Source of the DNA: Lama guanicoe
Taxonomy: Eukaryota
Assembly: GCA_013239625.1 (NCBI GenBank)
Contig: MU057344.1
Coordinates: 250,276 to 314,275 of the forward strand
Reading direction: 5' to 3'
Length of the DNA stretch: 64,000 nucleotides
Under the pieces are notes generated by a model. The model saw nothing but the letters and a program-made list of their open reading frames with translations, did no database searches and was not told where the DNA came from. How positions within the stretch are numbered: the first letter of the stretch is position 1; every line of letters begins with the position of its first letter. Shown one piece after another: positions 1 through 12,800 of the stretch. Both the position numbers and the translations under genes were made by a program.

Positions 1-886
1 TGTGTCAAGCTCTTGCTCACACCTGGGGGATCTCCGTCAGATGTCTGTTGACCCATTGTCCGTATCCCCAGCAGGGGTTGGGTCTCCCAGGCAATGGGGA
101 GGCACACACATGCCCACACACACACACACATGCACCCTCCCTGTTATCAGCAGGCTCATATCCCCCAGCCGTGCCGAGCGGAGTCCAGCCCCGACACAGC
201 CTCATCCAAAGAGCCCTGTCGTTCTGAGTGGGTGTGGCTGGGGAGGAGGCTCCAGGTCGTCCACACTGCTCAGCCCACCCTGGCAGGGGCGTGAGGCTCT
301 CCTCGCACCCAGCCAGCCTCCCAGCCCCCACAACCATGCTGACAGCTGTTCCCAGTTTACCCTCTTCTGTTCTAAATGGGGACAGAGGCCTTTGTCAGCA
401 TCTCTTGTGTGACCAGCTGATTTGCTTGCAAAGTGACTGTCCTCTTTGGAGAGCAGTCTGCTGGTACCTGGTTTGCAGGGGCAGGAGCCCCTCTCTGCCT
501 GGAACTCCCCAGGGTGCTGGCCTTTCCACGGCTGGTGTTTCTTCAATCTTTCAGAAAAATCTTTGCCTCCCAGGCAGCCCCCAGATAGGGAAAAACCTGT
601 CAAGGAATGGCTAAAATTCCCTAAAATGTTCCCAAGTTGGCCAAAAGGAGCTCTAGGCAGGCATCATCCTCGGGGTAGGGCCCAGGGCAGTAGGGAGGAC
701 GCTGCTGGACTCCGCAGTCCCCGCCCTGACTCTGGGAGGGGCCTGCTCGGGGCCAGGGCGCCCCCTGCCCAACCCGGCAGGCCTGATGGCAGCCCTTCTT
801 ACAGCCAGCACCGAGGCCGAGCGCAGAGACGCCCAACAGACAGTCCCTGCAGAAGAGGCCTCGCCCGGGACAGACGAGATGCAGAG

Positions 887-3800
887 ACGGCCCAGCCCCC
901 AAGGGGCACCAGGCCCCACAGTCACCACAGAGACAGGAGCCGGCCACAAAAGGAAGCCCAAGACCAGGACCCCAAGAGGCACCCCTCTCCGGGCAGAGTG
1001 GGCCTGACCTCGGGCCCAGTACAAGGGCTCGGGCCATGGACTGTCCGGAGGTCCTGCAGAGGGGTCAGGGCGGTGTCTTCCCAGAGGTGCCCGCACCCCA
1101 GTGCCCACAGCCACACCCTCTTCATCCACCATTGGGGACCCGCCTCTCGGACCCAGATCCACACAAAGAGAGGCAAGCGGCCAAGGATGGCAGGGGTCTT
1201 GCAGAGCTGCCCCTGGGGGCCAGGTGAATACAGTCACGGAACTGGCTCCACCCACCAGTCCGGGGCCAACCAGGGACAGGCAGCCCCTTCCCAAAGAAGG
1301 CCTCACTGAGGGACCACACAGCCATGCCCTGGAAGTGGGGCCGGCTGGAAGCCACACACTGGGTGTGGGATCTGGGCCAGCTGAGTATGGCAGAGGACAG
1401 CTGAAATGGGGTCTGAACAGGCACAAAGAGGGGCCTCCCCTGACTGACATGGGTCACCCATGATGTCATGATGGACATTGTGACCCCCACTCTCCTGGGC
1501 ATGTCCCTGCATCATGTCTGTCCCCAGCTCCTGACTCACACCTTGGCCTCAGCCCTGTACTGAGCCCCTGCCCTGCTGGTAAGGAGGGACCCTGCCCATC
1601 CAAGGCTGGCCCTGGGTGGTGGCATGCAGTCCCCTCTCTCTTAGGGGAACCTCTGGTTGGGCCTGAGACTGGACTGAGATGGGCCGAGATGGCTGGGGGA
1701 TGGCCCAGGGGCTCCAGCCAGACTCCGAGTGGGTGCCTCCCCCAGCCACCCCCTCCGACCCCTACCTCGTCCGCAGGCTGGGCCCGTGAGAGATCAATGG
1801 GGAGCTGCCGAGAGGAGGGCCTCCTGCATCAGCTGGGCCAGCAGGGCCGACACAGAGGTTGGGGGGAGCCCTGGAAGGGTGGGAAAGTCACCCGCCGGCC
1901 CGGAGCCTCTGACGGCCCACCTGCCCGCAGACCTCCCGGACGACGCTGACGCTGCCCGGCCCCAGGCTGCCCTCCTGGAGAAGCACCTGCTGGGGGAAGA
2001 GAAGCAGCCGCCCAGCACTGGGCAGGGTCCCGTCTTCTACATCGGAGGCACCAACGGGGCCTCAGTGTGAGTGGGGCCTCAGGTGCTGCCCAGCCCCACT
2101 GCCGCCCGGCCGGGCCCCGCTCCGCTGCTGCTCCCCACGGCCCTTGGGTCACCGCCATTCCTCGCCCTGCAGAATCAGCTCCTACTGCAAGAGCAAGGGC
2201 TGGCAGCGCACCCAGGACAGCCAGCGGGAGGACTGCAAGCTGACGTGGTGCGAGGTCAAGTGCAGGGACACCTACTGCCGGTTCCGGGAAGGTAGGGGCG
2301 GCAGGGGGCCCGCAGCCGCGGCCGGCCCTCCTCGCCGCACGGCCGCACACTTCTGGGCTTTGTCGTGCCAGGTGAGCAGCTGCTGTTCCAGCTCCCCAAT
2401 AACCAGCTCCTCACCACCAAGATCGGGCTGCTCAGAGCCCTGAGGGAGCACGCGCGGGTCGTGAGCAGGACCAGCAAGCCGCCCCCGAGCACGCAGGCCA
2501 AGTGAGCCTGCCCCGGCCCACCAGGCACCCACCCAACCCGACGCGCCCGCTGGCCACTGGTCCCGCCCGCCCTCCACTGAGTCCATCTGCTCTCGCCTTC
2601 CCACTGACCCAGCCAGTGCTCACCGACCGATCTCCACGTCCGACACCGGCCACCATTCCATCCACCCACCCTCTTGGACCCCAGCAGTCATCACACGCCT
2701 GCTACAGAGCCACCCACTGGCGTCCCTCACTCAGTCTCCACTGCCCGTTCTCACAGGTCCTCCTCCACCCACCCACCATGCAGCCGGGCCTGACCCAGTC
2801 CATGCGCTCCAACCTGCAGCCACTTGTCCACCCTCATCCACTCACTGCCAGCCATTTACGCAACTGCCCACCCATCCAAACAGCTCCCCCTCCATCTGCC
2901 TCCCTGTCCTCCCCCTACCAGGCGGGCAGCCACCCACTACCCGGTCATCCACGACACCACCTTTACAGCCACGTGTCCAGCTTCCACCTCCACCCATTTC
3001 TGTCAGCAGCTTCAGTCCACTGCCCTCCAGGCATCCACCAGACCACTTGCCCATGCACCTACTTCCATCCAAAATCCATTTGTCCAACCAATACCCATCC
3101 ACACACCACCAACATACCACCAAGCCCCCACCCACTCCCCACCTCTCCAGACACCCCGCCGTCCATCCTCCACACACTGAGTGCCACTCAGGCCAGGCTC
3201 TGTGTCCCCCTGGGGTATAGACCTGGAAAGGACACACCACCCGCCCTGGAAGAGTTCATGTGGACCAGCCCAGGACGCCTTGGGCCACAGAGGTAGATGC
3301 ACTCAGCCATTCTCCCCTAAGCTGAAGGATGGCCTAGTGGCAGGTGAAAGGGGGTCAAGGGCATCCCAGGTCGGGGGATCCGTGCCAACCATTAGCTACA
3401 CGCTGGGCTCTGGCCTGGCCTGGGACACAGGTCTGAACTGACCACTCGCAAAGGCCTGAGAGCAGGAAGGTGGGAGAGGGGCTGGGATGTGGACGAGGCA
3501 GCCTGCAGAGAAGCGAGGTGTGCAAGAAGCCGGGAGAGTGATCTTGGCGCCAGGAACAGAAGGTGCAAATGTCCAGAGGAGACAGCTGTGGGGCTGGGAT
3601 GTGTGTGTGTCAGAGGAAACCAAAGGCTGCAGGGATGCCTGGAGCCCAGCCCAGCTTCCCAGTGGACACTCTCCCTCCAAGCCACCTCCGGGTCAGACCC
3701 CTAAAATGGCCAGCCAAGCCTGGGGGAGGGGGGCAACCCTCCCCGTGTCTTCCCACTTCCCTGCTTCTGCAGGATCCTGAAAATGGAAGAATTTTTCCCA

Positions 3801-6800
3801 GAGACCTACCGTCTGGACATCAGGGACGAGAGAGAAGCCTTCTTCACCCTCTTTGATGGTGAGAGGCTGCTGGACACCAGGCCCACTCTGGGGAGTCCAG
3901 TGCTGGGGTGGACCAAGGTGGGAGCGTGCTGAGGGCAGGGCGAAGGTGAGGTGGAGGTGGGGGTGTGGTCGGGGGGAAGGGCGGGGCCAGGGAGAGTGAG
4001 GTCAAGGCCAGGGCTGGGGCGACGTCGGGGAGGGTCATGGATGAACCGCAGTGGAGGCCAAAGCCTGGCAGGAGTGGAGCCACAGCTGGATGTGGTCAGG
4101 GCGGGAGGGCGTGTGGGTGGGGCCGTGGATGGGCATCGCCGCAGGGGCTGGGAGGGCCCCAGACTCAGGGGGCTCTCTCCCCAGAAACCCAGATGTGGAT
4201 CTGCAAGCCCACCGCTTCCAACCAGGGCAAAGGCATCTTTCTGGTCAGGAACCGGGAGGAAGTCGCTGCCCTCCAGGCCAAGACGCAGAGCATCGAGGAC
4301 GCCCCCACGTACCACAAGATGCCGCCCCGGGTGCCTCAGGCACGAGTCGTGCAGAGGTGTTTGCTGTGTGTGGGCACGACCAGGGGCGTTGGTTGGGTGT
4401 GGCTGATTCTAGGCCTGCTGGTGCTTGTGAGGGCTCGTGGGGGTCACTGGGCCCCCAGAGGAGTCACTGGCAGTGGAAGGCTGTGGGTCCCCAAGCTGGG
4501 CCCCTGTGTAGCCAGAAGAGGTGGGGATGTCACATCCGGCCAGAATCTCAGAGGGATGCCCCCACACACAGGCTCCTGGACATGGATGAGTGTGGGGCAG
4601 GGAAGTCTTGCTCAGTTTGTTCCCTGGCCTGGGCCCTGGGCCCTCTGTCCTGCAAGAAGCCAAGCCTCACAGGTCTCCCTACGGCCAGCCTCTCCCCCAC
4701 CCCCGACCCCGCCAGCTGCAGCCTTCAGGCCGGCAGCCAGAGCTGACCACCCTCCCTTGCTCCCTCTGCCTCTGGGTGGGGTCCAGACCCTCAGCCTCAC
4801 ACAGCGGGTGGAGGGCACAGTCTAGCCTCACTAGGGTCCGTCTGGACTTCCCTACCTGCCAGCGTGGACCTCACTCCTGCCGGAACTGCCCTCTGCCATC
4901 CCAAGCAGCTTCTCCTGGTCTCTGGGTCTTTAGAACTACAGCTCTTTCCACCTGGGATGTCCCCTCCCTGCCTCTCCAAAGCCGCCTTCCCTTTAAGGCC
5001 CAAGTTCTCTCCTCCCTTCTCTCCCAGGCAGTCTTCCCTGCCCACAGGGGCCCAACCTGCTTCCTCCTTCCAGGCTCCTAGAGCAAGCTGTGCCCTGGGA
5101 TGCCCCAGACACACACAGTAAGCTGAGCTCTAGGAGCCAGGCCTTTCTTCCCAGTTCCCTGACCTGCTGAGGCTCAGAAATGTCCCCTCATCAATGGACG
5201 CTGCACTCAGGCAAGAGTAGGGGACCCACAGGGCACACCTGAGACAGGTGGCAGGTGTGCTGAGGAATTAGCCAGGCCGACCATGTGCTCAGACACCGTG
5301 GGCCCCACGCCTCCCCAGGTACATCAAGAACCCGCTGCTGCTGGATGGGAAGAAGTTCGACGTGCGCTCCTACCTGCTCATCGCCTGCGCCACACCTTAC
5401 ATGGTCTTCTTCGGCCATGGCTATGCTCGCCTCACCCTCAACCTTTATGATCCCTGCTCCAGTGACCTCAGTGGCCATTTAACCAACCAGGTAAATGCCC
5501 CCCACAGGTGAGGGCCCTCCCTGCAGCCTTGGATGAAATAACTACTCAAGATTGCAGACAAGAATCCAGCTGTAGACATGGCCCAGACCTGGAGATGGTC
5601 CAGGCCCAGAGGTGGTCCGGGCTGCCCCTGCCTGCAGTCAGTGCTGCCTCTCCCCTTCAGCCACAGCCAGGCCTCCTGTTGAAATGACCAAGAGCCATGC
5701 ACTCCAACCGCCAGCTCAGTTCCCTCTGGGTGTGGATCAGGTGTGGGCAAGAGTGAGAGCCGAGGGGTGAGAGGTCTCTGTGAGCACCTCAGTGGAGAGG
5801 TCCTGTGGGCAGAGGTCTCTGTGGGAGGTTCTTAATGGAGAGAGTCTAGGCGGAGCCCTCCGGGAGGATCTGCAGGAACTTCTTAGTGGAAAGAGGTGCT
5901 GCGGGAGGGTCTCAGCAAGGGGCCCCTGCAGGTGTCCTGAAGGAGCAGAACCTCTGTGGGGTCTCTGCGTAGCTGGGTTAGGGTGAGGCTCTTCCTAGGG
6001 GCCCTGGCAGGGGCAGGGCCTCCGGGTGCTCTGGGGGATGGCCTCCAGGTGCTGCACTGCCCCCTAGTTCATGCAGAAGAAGAGCCCCCTCTACATGCTG
6101 TTCAAGGAGGACACAGTGTGGAGCATGGAGCATCTCAACCGCTACATCAACGACAAGTTCTGCGAGACCAAGGGCCTCCCCAGAGACTGGGTCTTCACCA
6201 CCTTCACGGTCCGTCTGTGCCCCACCCACCCCACCTGGGGGAGGGGCCAAGGGTCGTGACCCCCTAGGGTTGGGGGGCCAGGGTGTTTCTGCCTGCACAT
6301 CTACACCAGGCTGCGCCCCCAGCATCCTTGGGCGGGGCTGCATTCTAGCCAGAGCCTGGCACGGAGTCTCCAGTGACCCCCACCTCTCCCCCCTCTCAAA
6401 TGGGATAATTCACATGACGTAAAATCCACCCTGTTAGAGAGGGTTTTAGTGTATTCACAGAGCTGGACAACTATCGCCTCTCTCTAATTGCAGAACATTT
6501 TTGTCTCCCCAGAAAGAAGCCCTGTAGCCACTCATCCCCCCCATCGCCCTCCCCCTTCCCAGGCAACCACCAAGCTGCTTCCCATCCGTGTGGGTTTCCC
6601 TGTTCTGGACATTTCATGTGATGGGGTCACTCGCATGTGGGCCTTCCTGGCTTCTTTCACTGCGAAACCACGTCCTCAGGACTCATCTGTGTTGCAGAGT
6701 CAGTACTTCCTTCCTGTTTACGAGTGTAAATGGATCACAATTTGTTTAGATAAACATTCGTCAGTTGATAGACATTTGGGTAGCTTACCTTTTATCTTTT

Positions 6801-9800
6801 ATGAATAACACTGCTGTGAACATTCATGTACAAGGTTTTGCACGACCATGTATTTTCAGTTCTTTTGGGTATATGTCTAGGAGGGGAATTGCAGGGTCAT
6901 GTGGTAACTCTTATGTTAAACTTTTTGAGGAGCTGCCAAACCATTTTCCACAGTGGCTGCACAAGCAGTGTTTGATGGTCCCAATTTCTCCACATCCCTG
7001 CCAACGTTTGCTGTTTTTCCTTTGTTTTTGTTTAATAGTCATCCAGTGTGTGTGCAGTGATATCTCACTGAGGCAGTGATTTGCGTTTCCCTCGCGACAG
7101 GGACACTGAGCATGTTTTCAATATTTATTGGCCATTTTTGTAACTTCTGTAGAAAAACTCCTGTTTAGACCCTTTGCCGGCTCTTCCTTGCTAGGCTCTA
7201 GAGCTCTTCCTATTCCGGACGCTTGACGCTTCTCAGGTGACGTGATTTGCAAATATGCTCTCTCCTTCTGTGAGTTCTCTTTTCACTTTCTTGATAATGT
7301 CCCTTCTTGCACAAAAGTTTTAGATTTTGATAAAGTCCAACTTATCTTTACTTCTTTGCTCATTCATGCTTTGATGTCAGACCTAAGACTCTATTGCCAA
7401 ATCCAAGGTGGTGAAGATTTATTTCTATGCTTTCTTCTAAAAGTTTGATCTCTTTTTGCATTAATTGCTGTGTGTGGTGTGAGGTAAGGGTCCAACCTCA
7501 GTCTTTTGCACGTGGCTATCCCGTCGTCCCAGGACCACTTGTCAGAGAAACTGTTCTTGGCACACTGTTGAAAATCAGCTGACCAGCTGTGTGTGTGTTT
7601 ATTTCCTGACTCTCAGTCCTGTCTCACTGGTGTGTGTGTCTGTCCGCGAGCCAGAACCACGCTGTTTTGATTGCTACAGCGTCATTCTCTTGAGGTGTTG
7701 AATTACACTGGCTGATTGCGTGTACTGCATTTCTCGCATCTCTGGGATAAATCCCACTCAGACATGGTATATTAGCCTTTAAATACGATGCTAGACTTGG
7801 TTTGCTAGTACTTCATTGAGTATTTCTGCGTCTACATCATAAGCAATACTGGCCTTTAGCATCCTTTTCTTGTATGTCTGTCTGGTTTTGGACATGTTCC
7901 CTTCTCTTCTGTATTTGGAGAGTTTGTGAAGGATTAGTGTTAATTCTTTAAATATTCGGAAGAACCCACCAGTGAAGCCAGCGTGTTGTGGGCTTTCCTT
8001 TGTGGAAAGGCGTGCTGCTGCTGTTGTTGTTGTTACTAACGCAAGCTTTGCTTGTTTCAGGTTATCCAGAGCTTCCGTTTCTCCTTGGGTCAGGCTTACT
8101 AGTTTGTCTTTCTAGAAGTTCTTCCATTTCTTCTAATTATCTAATTCCTTTGGAACACAGCTCATGGTATTTGATGAACAACTATGAGCCTTTTCATCTA
8201 CACGAAAGGTCTTCCTCTCTTGATTTCAGTAACTTGAGTCATCGCTCCTCTTCTCGTGGTCAGTTTAGCTGAGGGCTTGTCAGTGTTTTTGATCTTTTCA
8301 AGGAGCCAGCTTTCGGCTTCATTGATTTTCTCCATTTTCTAGTCTCTCTTCCATTTATGGCTGAGCTTCATTATCTCCTTCCTTTTGCTTGCTTTGGGTT
8401 TATTTTTTCCTTCTTTTTCCAGTTTCCTAAGGTTGGAGACTGGCTCACATATTTGAGATCTTTCTTCTTGTGCAGGGTAGGTGTTTACAGCCATAAATTT
8501 CCCTCCGAGCACTGCTTTCACTGCACACCATAAGATTTTGTGTGTTCTGTTTTTGTTTTCATTTGTCGTTTAAGAGTGTATTAATTTCCACATTCCTGAG
8601 AATTTTCCAGTTTTATTTCTCTTACTGATTTCTAATTTCATTCCACTGTGGCCAGAGAACATACTTTCTATGATTTCAACCCTTTAAAATTTATTGAAAC
8701 TTATTTTATGTCATAACATATTGTCTACCCTGAAGAATGTTCCATGTATGCCTGAGAAAAATGTGTTTTCTGCTGTTGAGTGGAGTGTTCTAAAGATGTC
8801 TTTTGGATCTAGTTGGTTTATAGAAAGTTCAAGTCTTCTGTTTACTTGTTAACCTTCTGTCTAGTTGTTCTATCATTGAAACTAGGATGCTGAAGTCTCC
8901 AGCTGTTACTACTGAATCACTCATTTCTCTTCTCAATTCCATCAGGTTTTGCTTCATGTATTTTTAGGCTTTGTTGTTAGGTGCATGTATGTTTAAAATT
9001 ACTGTATCTTCTTGATTCATCATTATAAAACGTCCTTTTTTTTAATGTCTTCAATTTTTGTCTTAACTTCTATTTTCTCTGATACGAGTTATAGACATTC
9101 CAGCTCTCTTTTGGCTGCTGTTTGCATGATGTATCTTTTCTCTATCCTTTTACTTTCAAACTGTGTCTTTGAATCCGAAGTGAGTCTCATAGATAGCATA
9201 TCATGGGGGTTTATGCATTCTGCCAACCTCCATCTTTTAACTGGAAAGTTTAAGTCCATGTACGTGTAATATAATTACTGCTAAGTTAGGATATATGTCT
9301 GCTATTTTGCTGTTTGTTTTCTATATGTCACGTCTTTTTTGTTTCTCAGTTCTTCCATTACTGTCTCCTTTTATGTCAGATATTTTCTAGGGTACCATTT
9401 CTAGTGTCATTTCTTTTATTATACACTTTTTAGTTATTTTCTGAGTTGTTGCCCTCAGAATTAATATCTTAGTTTATAACAATCTAGTTCAGATTAATAC
9501 CAAGTTACTTTCAACAGTGTTTAAAAAACAACATTCTTTCTATACAATTCTGTCCCTCCCTTTATGCTGTTATTGTCACAAATTACAACTCTATAAATTG
9601 TGCATCCATCTACATAGATTTATAATTATTTCTTTATGCATTTGTCTTTTAAGTAAGTTAGAAGAAAAAAGCAATTACCAAAAAATACATTTATAGTGTC
9701 TTTTTTTTTAATGGAGGTACTGAGGATTGAAACCAGAACCTTGTGCATGCTAAGCATATGCTCTACCACTGAGCTATACCCATCCCCCTATTATGTCTTT

Positions 9801-12800
9801 TAGATTTAACTATGTAGTTAATTCATGAGAGCTCTTTATTTCTTCCTGTGAATTAAAATTATTATCTAGTTTCCTTTCATTTCAGCCTTAAGGACTATAG
9901 GGACATTCTACTGGTGATAACCTCCACTTTTTAAACTTGGGAATGTCTTAATTTCTCCTTCATTTTTGAAGGATGATTTTGCTGTATCTACAAATCTTGA
10001 CTGACAGTTTTTTACTTTCAGTATTTTGAATATGTCATCCCACTGCCTTCTGAACTCTATGGTTTCTGATGAGAAACTGGCTGTCGATCTTATTGAGAAT
10101 CTCTTATGAGAAGTCATTTCTACTTGCTGGTTTCAACATTCTCTTTGTCTTTGTCTTTTGAAAGTTTGCTCATGATGTGGTGGAATCTTTTTGAGTTTAT
10201 CTTACTTGGAGCTCACTGATCTTCTTGGGTGTGTAGGTTATTTTTCATCAAATTTGGGAAGTTTTCTGACATTATTTCTTCGGATATTCTTCCTGCCTCT
10301 TTCTCTCCTCTTTCTGGAACTCCTGTTTTGCACATTGGCCTGCTTGTTTGTGTCCCACAGGTCTCTGTAGCTTTGTTTTTTCTTCATTCCTGTTACTTTC
10401 TGTCCCTTAGACTGGATAATCTCAATTGACCTGTCTTCAGTTGTACTGTTGAGCCCCTCTAGTGATGTTTTTACATTTCAGTTCTTATACTTTTCAACTC
10501 CGGAATTTCTTTCTGGCTCCCTCTTATGATTTCTGTCTCCTCACTGATAATCGGTAAGACATTGCCCTTATATTTTCCCTTAGTTCTTTTCAGGTGAGGT
10601 CTTCTAAGGAATCACTGGATGCACCACAACAAACAGCTACAGTTCTTTGCAGGACAGGTCCATTCTGCTATTTCCAGTACTGGAAATGCAGGCTTTTTTT
10701 TTTTTTTCAAGGCTGGCGCTGAACTGGGTAGTGGGGGATAAAACTAAGGCAAGTTAAAAGCTCGGTGTTTTTACCAAGATTCAAGATTTTACTTGAATAA
10801 ACACTCTTTGGGTTGCTGAGCACCTTTGGCTAATCTCCAGGGTTCTGAGAAGGTCGATGCTGACAAATTTGTGCAGTTTGGGGTTGTTCTCATGCGGCAG
10901 CTTATCATCAGATGACTTTCCTCTGGCACTTTTGCAATGCTCTCTTTGTCTCTCTTGCAGCTGCTCCAGCATTGTTTCACCCTATTGTTCACTGAAACGC
11001 TCGCTGGGCTCATCAGTGACCTTTGTGTTGCCAAAGGGGTCAGTCCCAGCCCTCTTCTCCCTGACCTGTCAGCCAACTTTGGACACAGCTCCTCACTCTC
11101 CATGGCTTCCAGAAACTTGCTCGCTGCCTCTAACCCCCCATGCTGGCTCCTCGGCTCCCAACCGCTCCTCTCTAGGGGCCCAGGGCTCAGCCCGATGCTC
11201 TACTCTGTATTCACAACCACTGGTGATGGTTGTGCTAAAGACACCACATTAAACATCTGGCCCTGATCTCTCCCCTGAACTTGAACCATGGCCTACCAAC
11301 ACTATGAGGCCTGAGCAACCCCCTAGAGGTCTCAGAATCCACAGGCCTCCCCCCATCCTCTGCAGGCTCCATCCTTCCAGAGTCTCGGACCAAACATCTA
11401 GGGATAACCCTTCATTCCTCTTTTCACAGCTCACCATCCTTTCATCAATCAGTTGGGTTGGCTCTACCTCAAAATACACCCAGCATCCATCCCACCACCT
11501 CCAGCTACCCAAGCCACCACCATTTCTCACCTGGATCATTGCGACAGGCCCCTCAGCCTCTCTCAGTACAGCAGCCAAAGAACCCTATTAAGGGACGGGT
11601 CATCTATGCCCTCCTGTGCTCCCCCTCCAACAGCTCTGATCTCAGTGTGAAAGGCAGGGTCTTCCCACACCCTTGAGATGTGACTGGTGCCACTCCGGTC
11701 TCATCTCCCACTGGCCCCCTAGCTCAGCTCAGTCACAGCCGCCCCAATCTGTTCCTCCAGCTCCTTGAGCATGCTCCCACTTCCAGCTGCTGCTCTGACC
11801 AGATGTCCCAGCCCCAGCCCAGAGCTGCCCACTCCATCTTCTCCCTCTGCTCACTGTCTCCTCCATGAGGCCCACCCGGACCATACCCCTCTTCACACCA
11901 CCCCCAGGGCCCCCATTTCTCACCTGTTTCATCTTCTCTGTCAGCACAGAGCTTTGTACACTGTGCAAAGGGTGTAATGACTTACATGTCACAACTGAGG
12001 GCAGAGACTTCTGAGCGCTCCCCACTCTCTGCCCCAGTAACCCCCACACAGTGGGAGCGCCACCTGTCTGCTGGGTGAATAAAATGAGAGTGAAGGAGTT
12101 TCTGGCTATAAGCCTGTGACTTACAGTGTAAGAGTGTGGGCAGTAGTGGGAGCACAGATGTGTGTGCTGTGGCTGTTCCAGCCTGGGGGGTGTAGTCAGG
12201 GCCCACAGGTGACATCCTGTCACCCCCTCCCCACCCCACCCACAGAAGCGGATGCAGCAGATCATGGCCCACTGCTTCCTGGCTGTCAAATCCAAACTCG
12301 AGTGCAAGCTGGGCTACTTTGACCTCATTGGCTGTGACTTCCTGATCGATGAAAACTTCAAGGTGCTGCGGAGGTGTCCCAGGGTGGTGGTGGGCTAGCA
12401 GGCAGGGGCCCTCTGTCCCAGGGGCATGCGGGCCCCTGGGATGAGCAGTCTGGTGCCCTCCCTGGCCCTGGGCGTGGTGTGTCCATAAGGTTTTGCTGCT
12501 CCTGCAGCTGGGGCAGCCCCCAAGGCCAGAGTGAGTCTTAGACCCTTGGGCAAATGGGGGAGGAGTGAAGCCATGGAAAAGAAGTGACCTGCTCAGGGTC
12601 GCCTGGCTTCATGAGGACCAGGGCCTCCGCCTCCTGCTGCCCGAGAAGTAAGTGGAGAGGGTTGCTGACCAGTGTTGGGCGCAGGTGTGGCTGCTGGAGA
12701 TGAACTCCAACCCCGCCCTGCACACCAACTGTGAAGTCCTGAAAGAGGTGATTCCCGCCGTGGTCACGGAGACCCTGGGTGAGGCCCTGCCCAGCCCCAG

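Noticed and set aside
1-600. miR-200b/200a/429 cluster expected near TTLL10
   Set aside because: No mature sequences seen; in the syntenic human locus the cluster lies upstream, so probably outside this window.
2502-3220. 264-aa Pro/His/Thr-rich ORF
   Set aside because: C/A-rich low-complexity TTLL10 intron; only the last ~24 codons of the ORF are a real exon.
9710-9788. Functional tRNA-Ala gene
   Set aside because: Poly(A) tail, target-site duplication and stem mismatches indicate a SINE.
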